NCBI GenBank assembly: GCA_050260175.1
Contig: JBLNBS010000156.1
Location: 6,098 to 70,097 of the forward strand
Direction: 5' to 3'
Origin: Patescibacteria group bacterium
GTDB lineage: Bacteria > Bacillota > UBA4882 > JAAYXC01
Length of the DNA stretch: 64,000 bases
A program made the position numbers and the translations under genes. The number at the start of each line of letters is the position of its first letter. Position 1 is the first letter of the stretch. Shown one piece after another: positions 44,899-51,947 of the stretch. Below the pieces are notes generated by a model. It was not told the DNA's origin. It ran no database searches and saw nothing but the letters and a program-made list of their open reading frames with translations.

Positions 44899-45117
44899 GG
44901 CATTCGCGAAGGCGACTACCTGCAGGTTACCCTGGATGGGAGCGGCATCCATATGAGGAAGATCGAACCGGTGCAGCCGTTGAGCGCGGGCGATCCCATC
45001 TGGCGGCTGATTGGCGCCGGCGTAGGCGGGCGGGAGGATGTCTCGGCTAATCACGACAAATATCTGGCTGCGGAGGAAACCAGGCTTCCCCTCATTTCTA
45101 CCCCCATATGCGGCTGA
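44899..45117 (+). pseudogene. 5'-truncated AbrB/SpoVT-type antitoxin remnant
   Basis: The frame opens directly after the arcC TGA: GIREGDYLQVTLDGSGIHMRKIEPVQPLSAGDPIWRLIGAGVGGREDVSANHDKYLAAEE... This is the second half of a swapped-hairpin domain plus tail. The N-terminal half is absent. Confidence 0.45.
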
Positions 45118-45286
45118 ACTCGTCCACCAACGCCCGATCGTACCGGAAACCGGAGCAAGCGCCCGCGGCCTCGTTGTAGAGCGGCAGGAATGAAGGCAGC
45201 CGCTCCACGCAGGCCACGATCCTATCCTTTTCGTAGAATGAGGCCATGGTTTCAATAACGCCATCGCACTCGATCCTGACTGCCAT
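45098..45286 (-). CDS. Small hypothetical protein (62 aa)
   Basis: Good RBS (AAGAAGGAGATCAGAATG). MAVRIECDGVIETMASFYEKDRIVACVERLPSFLPLYNEAAGACSGFRYDRALVDEFSRIWG. I do not recognise a family. Confidence 0.4.
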   Translation of the reverse strand: MAVRIECDGVIETMASFYEKDRIVACVERLPSFLPLYNEAAGACSGFRYDRALVDEFSRIWG

Positions 45287-45317
45287 TCTGATCTCCTTCT
45301 TTGACGGCGTTGAGATC

Positions 45318-45341
45318 AGGGGCGCAGCATGCTGCGCCCCT
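45318..45341. repeat. Perfect 24-nt palindrome with flanking GTAG (minus-strand sense)
   Basis: AGGGGCGCAGCATGCTGCGCCCCT followed by AC. It reads GTAGGGGCGCAGCATGCTGCGCCCCT on the minus strand. Confidence 0.85.
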
Positions 45342-45389
45342 ACGCGAGAACGGGATGCCGCGGTTACGTAATCCAACGGTCCTCTGTAG

Positions 45390-45411
45390 GGGCGTAATAT
45401 ATATTACGCCC
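45390..45411. repeat. Perfect 22-nt palindrome preceded by GTAG
   Basis: TGTAG-GGGCGTAATATATATTACGCCC. Shares the GTAGGGGCG head with the neighbouring palindrome, in inverted orientation. Confidence 0.85.
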
Positions 45412-45425
45412 GGCCGGAATCGGGT

Positions 45426-45716
45426 TCAAGTGAGCCGCAAATACGGCTGGAAACGCGGGTCATTCCTGTTCACGCAGGCGAAAAACCCGAAAGGATTCGG
45501 GATATCGGCCGCCCTGCCGACGACGGCGGCGAGATAGGCCGCGAATCCCCGCCACCACTCGTAATCGAGCCCGGTATCGGAAAAGAGGATCGCCGCACGG
45601 ATCTCACCGGCCCTAGCCTCGGGGAGGCTCCTCTGCCGGGCCCAGGCCGAGAGCAGACGATCGAGTTCTTCGTCGACCTCGGCGGGCAGGCCGCGGTTTG
45701 TTTCGTCCTTCTTCAT
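45426..45716 (-). CDS. Hypothetical protein, possible non-canonical anti-sigma factor
   Basis: 4-nt overlap with the upstream ECF sigma gene. 96 aa. No zinc-binding anti-sigma motif. One weakly hydrophobic stretch (WWRGFAAYLAAVVG). Confidence 0.4.
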   Translation of the reverse strand: MKKDETNRGLPAEVDEELDRLLSAWARQRSLPEARAGEIRAAILFSDTGLDYEWWRGFAAYLAAVVGRAADIPNPFGFFACVNRNDPRFQPYLRLT

Positions 45717-46267
45717 CTAGTCATACCCCCGTCCAAGAGGCCGATCTCTTTCGCCAGGCGCCGGCGCGCCTCGTGGAGGCCGTAACGGACGGAGCCGGCG
45801 GGTTTGCCGAGCGCCGCGCCGATCTCCCCGCTTTTCATCCCGCCGAGCGTTCCGAGGAACAAGATCGTGCGCAGGTCCTCGGGAAGCCGCCGGATCGCGC
45901 CGTCAAGGAGCGCCAGCTCTTCTCTTGCCAAGGCTTTCGCTTCCGGGGTTTCGGCGAGGGTGGCCGGGTCCTCGGCGGCGAGGGCCATCTCCTCCTCCGT
46001 CATGGGCCTGGCCGCGCGCCGCCGGTAGTGGTCGGCCAGGATGTTCTTTGCCACCGCGAAAAGCCAGTACCGCACCCGCTCGGCTTCGAGCCCGCGCAAG
46101 GCGCCGATGTGCCGCCACGCCCTGAGGAATAACTCCTGCAGGAGATCGGCGGCCGTCTCGGATTCGCCTGTTCTGGCAAGGAAGTATGCGTAAAGCGCCC
46201 GCCGATGCAGGTCGTATACCACATCGAAGAGAGCCTCGGCACCGGCGGACTCATGATCCTTGGCCAT
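45713..46267 (-). CDS. ECF-type sigma-70 family sigma factor
   Basis: Region 2 (LYAYFLARTG...AADLLQELFLRAWRH...YWLFAVAKNILADHYRR). Region 4 HTH (SGEIGAALGKPAGSVRYGLHEARRRL). Confidence 0.88.
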   Translation of the reverse strand: MAKDHESAGAEALFDVVYDLHRRALYAYFLARTGESETAADLLQELFLRAWRHIGALRGLEAERVRYWLFAVAKNILADHYRRRAARPMTEEEMALAAEDPATLAETPEAKALAREELALLDGAIRRLPEDLRTILFLGTLGGMKSGEIGAALGKPAGSVRYGLHEARRRLAKEIGLLDGGMTR

Positions 46268-46273
46268 GGCCGC

Positions 46274-46990
46274 TCACGCTTCGGCTTCTTCCGCCGGTAT
46301 TTCGTCCATGTCCACGATTTTTCCGTAAGCCTCCGTCAGCATCTGCAGCATGGGCAATAACGCCTTTGGCGCCGCGAGGTTGCCCATGAGGATGATCCCC
46401 GCGAGCTTCTCCTTGAGGAGTGCCGCCGGCACATCGCGCTCCACTGTGCAGTTGCCCATGATCACCAGGGTCGCGGGCGCGTCGAGCAGCTCGAGAAAAT
46501 CCCTCGAGAAGCACGTGTCCCCGGTAAAGACGCGGGGGTTCCCGTTGTGGTACGCCACCATGCCGGTCAGGCGCGTGATCCCCGCCGTCAGGGCGGCCTC
46601 GCTACCCTTGGGGGCCAAAAGCTGCCCGATGACGTGCAGTTGTTTGTAGCCAACTTTTTCGACCGGCGAGGTGATGACCGTGATGCCCGTGACGACCAGG
46701 ATGTCGTCCTCCCGGCCGCCCGGATTGGCCAACACTTTACCGGGGATCTTCGTGATGCCGGTCTGCATCCTGACGTTCGCGCCCTCGGGTACCGGCGCGA
46801 TGCATCCCACGCACTCCATGGGCACGCCCATCAGGGCCTTGTTCAAGCTCTCCGGCACGAGGATCAGGCCCACGTTCTTGATACCGGTGACATCCTTCAG
46901 GTTGTCCGGGGATTTCATGCCGGTGAGGTCCAGGAGGCCGATGTTCTGAATCAAGCCGTCGGGACGGGTTTCCAGCTCGTTTGGTTCCAT
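46274..46990 (-). CDS. Hypothetical protein with internal repeats, first gene of the ECF sigma operon
   Basis: RBS GGGGAGG is followed by a second ATG (MEPNELE...). Recurrent blocks VGLILVPESLNKAL / VIGQLLAPKGSEAAL / LVIMGNCTVERDVPAAL / IILMGNLAAPKALLPML. Acidic tail. I do not recognise a family. Confidence 0.55.
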   Translation of the reverse strand: MEPNELETRPDGLIQNIGLLDLTGMKSPDNLKDVTGIKNVGLILVPESLNKALMGVPMECVGCIAPVPEGANVRMQTGITKIPGKVLANPGGREDDILVVTGITVITSPVEKVGYKQLHVIGQLLAPKGSEAALTAGITRLTGMVAYHNGNPRVFTGDTCFSRDFLELLDAPATLVIMGNCTVERDVPAALLKEKLAGIILMGNLAAPKALLPMLQMLTEAYGKIVDMDEIPAEEAEA

Positions 46991-47083
46991 CTCCATCCTC
47001 CCCTTTGCGCGCGGGCGCAAGCCATCGCCCTTCATCAGTTAAGACGATGGAACGGGCCGGGTGTTGGGTCCGCCCAAGACAAA

Positions 47084-47105
47084 GCGCCGCCCGCTTGGGC
47101 GGCGC
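47084..47105 (-). terminator. Hairpin terminator downstream of the secretin gene
   Basis: GCGCCGCCC-GCTT-GGGCGGCGC. On the minus strand it is followed by TTTGTCTTG. Confidence 0.55.
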
Positions 47106-47224
47106 CCGTATTCTCATGCCAAGTGCTCAGTTCGTGGTGGTGATTGATCTTTTTTAGGACGTGTATTTGGGCCAAGGGTGCAGCCCGACCCGGATGCATG
47201 GCTAGCAACATAAGCGGTCCTGCG

Positions 47225-49744
47225 TCATTTCTTATCCTCGTCCATGTCGATGACGATGGGGCCCGCGGTGCTGCCCGTGCCCTGTATATCGGCCACGATC
47301 TGGTTGATCTGCGCGGGATCCTCGATCAGGCGCGGCGTGATGATGATGACGAACTCGTCCTGGCGCTTGACCCGCTTCGTGTTTTGAAAGAGCTTGCCGA
47401 TGATGGGGAGGTAGCCGAGGATGGGCACCTTGGAAACGTTGATGTCCTCGGATTCCTGGATAAAACCGCTGATGACCACGGTGTAACCGTCCATGATCCG
47501 CACGGTGCTCTGGGTGGAGCGCTCCATGACGCCGGGCAGGGCCGCGATCTCGCTGCTCACCTCGGGGCTCGTGGTGAACTGGCTGATGCTGGGCTTGAGC
47601 TCCAGCGTGATCTCCTTGTTCGCGGAGACCCAGGGGGTCATGGTCAGCTGGATACCGGAGTCGATGGTGATGTAACGGTACTCCGTGGTCGTGGTCGTCG
47701 TGGAGCTGCTCGTCGTGGGCACGGGGTAATTGTATTTCGTGACGACGTTGAACTGGGCCGCGAAACCGCTCAGGGTGGCGATCTTTGGGTTGGCCCTCAC
47801 CCTGGCCCGGCCGCTCGTGATGGCCGCGTTGATGCTGGCCGTGAGCTGGGCCGCGGCCGGCGTGTTGGGGCTGATGATCGTGCCGATCAGGCTGCCCAGG
47901 TCCCATTTGAGCGTCTGCCCGTCGAGGGTGAGCGTGGCCGAGGAGAGACCGCCGCCCTTGGTCTCGGTCTCTGAAAACTGCAAAACCAGCGTATCGAAGA
48001 GGATCATCGGCGCCATGACGTCGATCTTGGCCAGGAAATCGCGGACCTGCGCCCGGTATCCCTCGTTGCCGGTCACCACGATGCTGTTCGTCTCCTTGAC
48101 GAGCACCAGCTCGGTCTTGGGAATGCCCGGCGGGAAGAGCTTAAGGGCGTCCTCGGCCTTCATGTGCCTTAACGCCACGACTTCCGACCTGATCGTCTCC
48201 TGGGGCACATCCACCTTGGCGAGGAAGGCCTTGAGCGCCGCGATGAGCTTGGGCGTGCCGTTGACGAGGAGGGAGTTGGTCTCCTTGAGCAGGATGATGT
48301 TCTGCCTCGGGTAGACCGTCGGCAACGAGTTCCAGATGCTCTCGGCCGTGATGTAGCGGAGGGGGATGACCTCGGACTGGATGAAATCCGTGTCGCCCTG
48401 GCGGAAATTGACGCCCTCCCCGACCAGGTAGGTGTCGCCGTCCTTGCGGAACGTGAAGGTGGTTCCCGCCAGGAGCCTGCCCAGCGCCTCCTCGAAACTA
48501 GCGTTCACCAGGCGGACGCTGGTGACGTTCCAGTTCACGTTGGCGTAGATGACGAGGTTGTAGTTCTTCTTCTTGGCCAGTTCGGTGGCTGCCGTGGCCA
48601 GACTGGCGTTGTTGACCTCGAGATCGATCGTGCCGTCCTCGTTGATGGAGATGACGATGCTCTGGCCGGTCATGAGCCTCTTTACCGTAAAGGCGTTCCC
48701 CTCGCGTTCGAGCACGAAGCCGTTGGCCTCCAGGAAGGCCGAGAGGCCCTCCACCAGGCCGGCTTGGGCGATATTGCCGCTGGCGCGGCCGCTCACGTCA
48801 CGATCCGGCAGGATGGTGATGCCGGCCTGCCGCGCCACCTCGGAGAGGATCTCCGTGATCTCCGCGTTGCGCACGTCCAGGGTTAATAGGCCCCCGCTGA
48901 CCTTGACGCCCCCCGTGCTCTCGCCCCGGGAGAAGCGGTAGTGCCCGCCTTCCTTGAAGACGCGCAGCCCGTTGGCGGCGGCGATGGCGCCCAGCGCCTC
49001 GTCCAGGGGCAGAGGCGCGAAAAAGACGTTCACCTGCACGGCCGCGGCAGCCTGGTCGCAGATGACCGCCAGGCCCGTGCGGCTCGACAACTCCCGCACG
49101 AGGACGCTCAGGGGCACGCCCGACAGGTCGGCGCTGAGCCGGCCCTCCTCGTATTTGACGGACATGCTGCCGAGGCTGGCGACCTGGCGGAAGATATAGG
49201 CGCCGCTGCGCTTTTCCACCTGGCAGCGGGCGCTCTCCGCCAAAAGCGAGATGAGATCTGCCAGGGGGAGCCTGCCCAGAACCAGGTTGAGGTGTTCGGT
49301 GGGCTCCTGCCCGGTGAGGGTGAGGTTCACGCCGGTGACGCGGGTCAGCTCGGCCAGGACCGCGCGGAGCTTGGCCATCTGTAGCTCCAGCGAGTAAAGG
49401 CCCTCGGCCTCTTTCGTCACCTTGATAATCTGGCGCGTGACCGTGTAGAACCTGCCTTCCTTTTTGACCTGGAGGCGGTACATGGCGGCCAGCCTGTTCA
49501 GGCAGTCCTCAAAGGTCACGTTCTCGAAATGGAAAGAGACCGCGCCGGTCACGGTCTCGTCCATGAAAACGCTCACCCCGGCCTGGGCCGCCAGGGCGTT
49601 CAGCACGTCGCGCAGGTCGGCGTTCTTGTAGTTGACGGAGTCCAGGACCTGGTTCGCAGCGGTCACGGAAAGGGAGACGATCAGCAAGCCGAGGAGCACC
49701 AGGCCCAAAAGGCGCCGCAAATAAGGACTGGCACTGTTACGCAT
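47225..49744 (-). CDS. gspD: Secretin (GspD/PilQ family) with five N0/STN-like modules
   Basis: Signal peptide. Five roughly 70-aa modules of the pattern ...A.L..VL..LA...G....... Two N1-type domains (IPLRYITAESI..., VVALRHMKAEDA...). C-terminal secretin domain with VSKVPILGYLPIIGKLFQ. Confidence 0.88.
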   Translation of the reverse strand: MRNSASPYLRRLLGLVLLGLLIVSLSVTAANQVLDSVNYKNADLRDVLNALAAQAGVSVFMDETVTGAVSFHFENVTFEDCLNRLAAMYRLQVKKEGRFYTVTRQIIKVTKEAEGLYSLELQMAKLRAVLAELTRVTGVNLTLTGQEPTEHLNLVLGRLPLADLISLLAESARCQVEKRSGAYIFRQVASLGSMSVKYEEGRLSADLSGVPLSVLVRELSSRTGLAVICDQAAAAVQVNVFFAPLPLDEALGAIAAANGLRVFKEGGHYRFSRGESTGGVKVSGGLLTLDVRNAEITEILSEVARQAGITILPDRDVSGRASGNIAQAGLVEGLSAFLEANGFVLEREGNAFTVKRLMTGQSIVISINEDGTIDLEVNNASLATAATELAKKKNYNLVIYANVNWNVTSVRLVNASFEEALGRLLAGTTFTFRKDGDTYLVGEGVNFRQGDTDFIQSEVIPLRYITAESIWNSLPTVYPRQNIILLKETNSLLVNGTPKLIAALKAFLAKVDVPQETIRSEVVALRHMKAEDALKLFPPGIPKTELVLVKETNSIVVTGNEGYRAQVRDFLAKIDVMAPMILFDTLVLQFSETETKGGGLSSATLTLDGQTLKWDLGSLIGTIISPNTPAAAQLTASINAAITSGRARVRANPKIATLSGFAAQFNVVTKYNYPVPTTSSSTTTTTTEYRYITIDSGIQLTMTPWVSANKEITLELKPSISQFTTSPEVSSEIAALPGVMERSTQSTVRIMDGYTVVISGFIQESEDINVSKVPILGYLPIIGKLFQNTKRVKRQDEFVIIITPRLIEDPAQINQIVADIQGTGSTAGPIVIDMDEDKK

Positions 49745-50120
49745 GACAAAAGCCTCCTGCCGATGCGCCGGGGTCGCCGGCGCGATTACGCTAATAAAAA
49801 GGATTATTATGGCCGTCGATCCAGCCGTTCGTCAAGGGGTCCGTCCCAGAGTTTGTGCTCCATTGGCGTTAATCGGGTTTGTCGTACAAACTCCAAGGTG
49901 AATGATTCGCGCCGCGGGGAGCCGATTCCTGCCCTGGAAAACGCGGATCGTGCCGACCGGCCGCCGCGTCCCCGCAAGGCAGGGGGTTTGCCGCGGATTC
50001 GCGCGGCCGCAGCGGGCGGCGCCGGCCGCAGGAATGAACTGGGGACGGGCCGCGGCAGGAATAGCGGCCACGGGGGCGAATGATGGGGAAGGTTCACCAA
50101 ACTGCGGCATATTGCGGGGT

Positions 50121-51818
50121 ATGGACTTGTATAAGAGGCTATTCGCTCCCCTGATCGCGGCCTTGCTGATCGCGGCCGGCCCCCCGGCCATGGCGAAGCT
50201 CTCCTATGTTCCCCTGGCCCAGATCAGGGCCGGTCAAAAAGCCACGGGTTACACGGTCGTCTCCGGCACCAGGATCCGGCCCTTTGCCGTGGAGATCCTG
50301 GGGGTCCTCCAAAACCAGGCCCGCGACCGCAGTTTCATCCTCGTCAGGGTCTCGGGCTCCCTGCTCCGCGAGAGCAAGGGTATCGCGGCGGGTATGAGCG
50401 GCAGCCCGGTCTATATCTCCGGGAGGCTGGCCGGGGCCGTCTCGTATGCTTTTGACAGGGCCGATCCCAGTTACGGCCTGGTCACGCCCATCGAGGACAT
50501 GCTCCGTCTCTGGGAGGGAGAGGGCGCCGCGGAGGTGGCCCTGGCCCCCTCGCGGCTGCTCCCGGCGGGCGCGGCCCGTGCCGTGCCGGTCGCCACCCCG
50601 CTCCTCGTCAGTGGCAGGAGGGCGCCGCCCCTCCTCGCCGAGGCGGCCGCGCGGGCGGGGATGAGCCTCGTGGCCGCGGGCGAGGCCATGGGGGCCCATG
50701 GCGGAAGTACGCCGCCCCTCAGGCCCGGCGGCGCCGTCGCGGCCGTTTTTGCCCTGGGCGATTACAGCGCGGCCGCCATCGGCACCGTGACGTGGGTGGA
50801 CGGGGGGCGGTTCCTCGCCTTTGGCCATCCCGTGGCCAACCTGGGCAGGGTGGATTACCCGGCCACGGGGGCCTATATCCACGCCGTCGTGCCCAGCGCG
50901 GACCTGCCGTTCAAGATCGGCTCCCCCCTGGAACCGGTGGGCCGTTTCGCCCAGGATCGGGGCGCCGGGGCCGCCGGCCTGGCGGGCGAACGGGCGGAGA
51001 CCGTCCTCGTCAAAGCCTCGATCGAGGACGCGGGCACCGGGCGCCGCCGCGCCTACGAGACCAGGGTGGTCAGAGAGCCCGCGCTGCTCAAGGCTGTGGC
51101 CGTCGCGGCTCTGCTCGACGCCTGCGACCAGACGTTCGACCGGTACACCGGGGGCACCGCCGAGGTCGGCCTGACTTTGACCGCCGATGGTCTCAAGGAA
51201 CCCTTGACGCGGCGAAACGTCTATTATGATGCCAAGGACGTGGCCAACGCCGCCCTGGCCGAGGTGGGCGAAGCCGTCGACCTGGTGCTGGGGAACGCCT
51301 TTTTGGATCTCCGCCTGCGGACGATCGAGCTCGAGGTCAGGATGCGGCCCGTGACGCTCCTGGCCAGTATCGCCGGGATACGCGCCGACCGCGAGCAGGT
51401 GAAGCCCGGCGACGAGGTCAAGCTGGACGTCTCGCTCCGGCCTTTCCGCGCCGAGCCGGTCACGGCGGCCTTCACCTTTACCGTGCCCAAGACGGCCCGC
51501 CCCGGCAAACTGGTGGTGACCGTCCGCGGCGGGTTCGTGGAGCGCCGGGAGGAGAACGGCAAGGAGCTCGGCCTGGGGCAGATTTCTTTACCCGGCGACG
51601 AGCCGGGCAGCCTTGCCGAGGCGCTCACCCGCTTTACCAACCGTCCACGCAACAACGACCTGCTGCTCGAGTTCCTGGCCTTGCCCGCCGAACGCGGCAA
51701 CGGGGACGAAGCTGGGGCGGAAACGATCAAACTTGTCAAGAGCTGCGATTATGTCGTCAAGGGCCAGTCGCAGCTCATCCTCACCATCCAACCCACGAAC
51801 GGAAGCGGTGCGGGCTGA
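50121..51818 (+). CDS. Peptidase S55 (SpoIVB-type) domain protein
   Basis: Signal peptide MDLYKRLFAPLIAALLIAAGPPAMA. GTRIRPFAVEILGVL...FILVRVSG...AAGMSGSPVYISGRLAGAVSYAF serine-protease block. No obvious PDZ domain. Confidence 0.75.
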   Translation: MDLYKRLFAPLIAALLIAAGPPAMAKLSYVPLAQIRAGQKATGYTVVSGTRIRPFAVEILGVLQNQARDRSFILVRVSGSLLRESKGIAAGMSGSPVYISGRLAGAVSYAFDRADPSYGLVTPIEDMLRLWEGEGAAEVALAPSRLLPAGAARAVPVATPLLVSGRRAPPLLAEAAARAGMSLVAAGEAMGAHGGSTPPLRPGGAVAAVFALGDYSAAAIGTVTWVDGGRFLAFGHPVANLGRVDYPATGAYIHAVVPSADLPFKIGSPLEPVGRFAQDRGAGAAGLAGERAETVLVKASIEDAGTGRRRAYETRVVREPALLKAVAVAALLDACDQTFDRYTGGTAEVGLTLTADGLKEPLTRRNVYYDAKDVANAALAEVGEAVDLVLGNAFLDLRLRTIELEVRMRPVTLLASIAGIRADREQVKPGDEVKLDVSLRPFRAEPVTAAFTFTVPKTARPGKLVVTVRGGFVERREENGKELGLGQISLPGDEPGSLAEALTRFTNRPRNNDLLLEFLALPAERGNGDEAGAETIKLVKSCDYVVKGQSQLILTIQPTNGSGAG

Positions 51819-51947
51819 ACCTGGCTGGAACCGGTGCACGCAGATTACGCAGATCTTAATCTGCGTTAATCCCCATAATCTACGTTCCGTTACCTTTTCA
51901 CGCTCTTTAGTAACCTGGCATCGAAGGGCGGGAAGCCGGTAAGCTTT

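Noticed and set aside
47144-47974. 276-aa plus-strand ORF and others overlapping the secretin 3' region.
   Set aside because: It is antisense to the well-supported secretin C-domain, and its composition is low-complexity and Asp/Gly/Arg-rich.
49745-50120. ORFs in the divergent secretin / S55-peptidase intergenic region (49529-50083, 49807-50100, 49832-50191).
   Set aside because: They have no family signal and an Arg/Gly/Pro-rich composition. The region is better explained as a roughly 375-nt divergent promoter region, and it contains a GTTAATCG near-motif.
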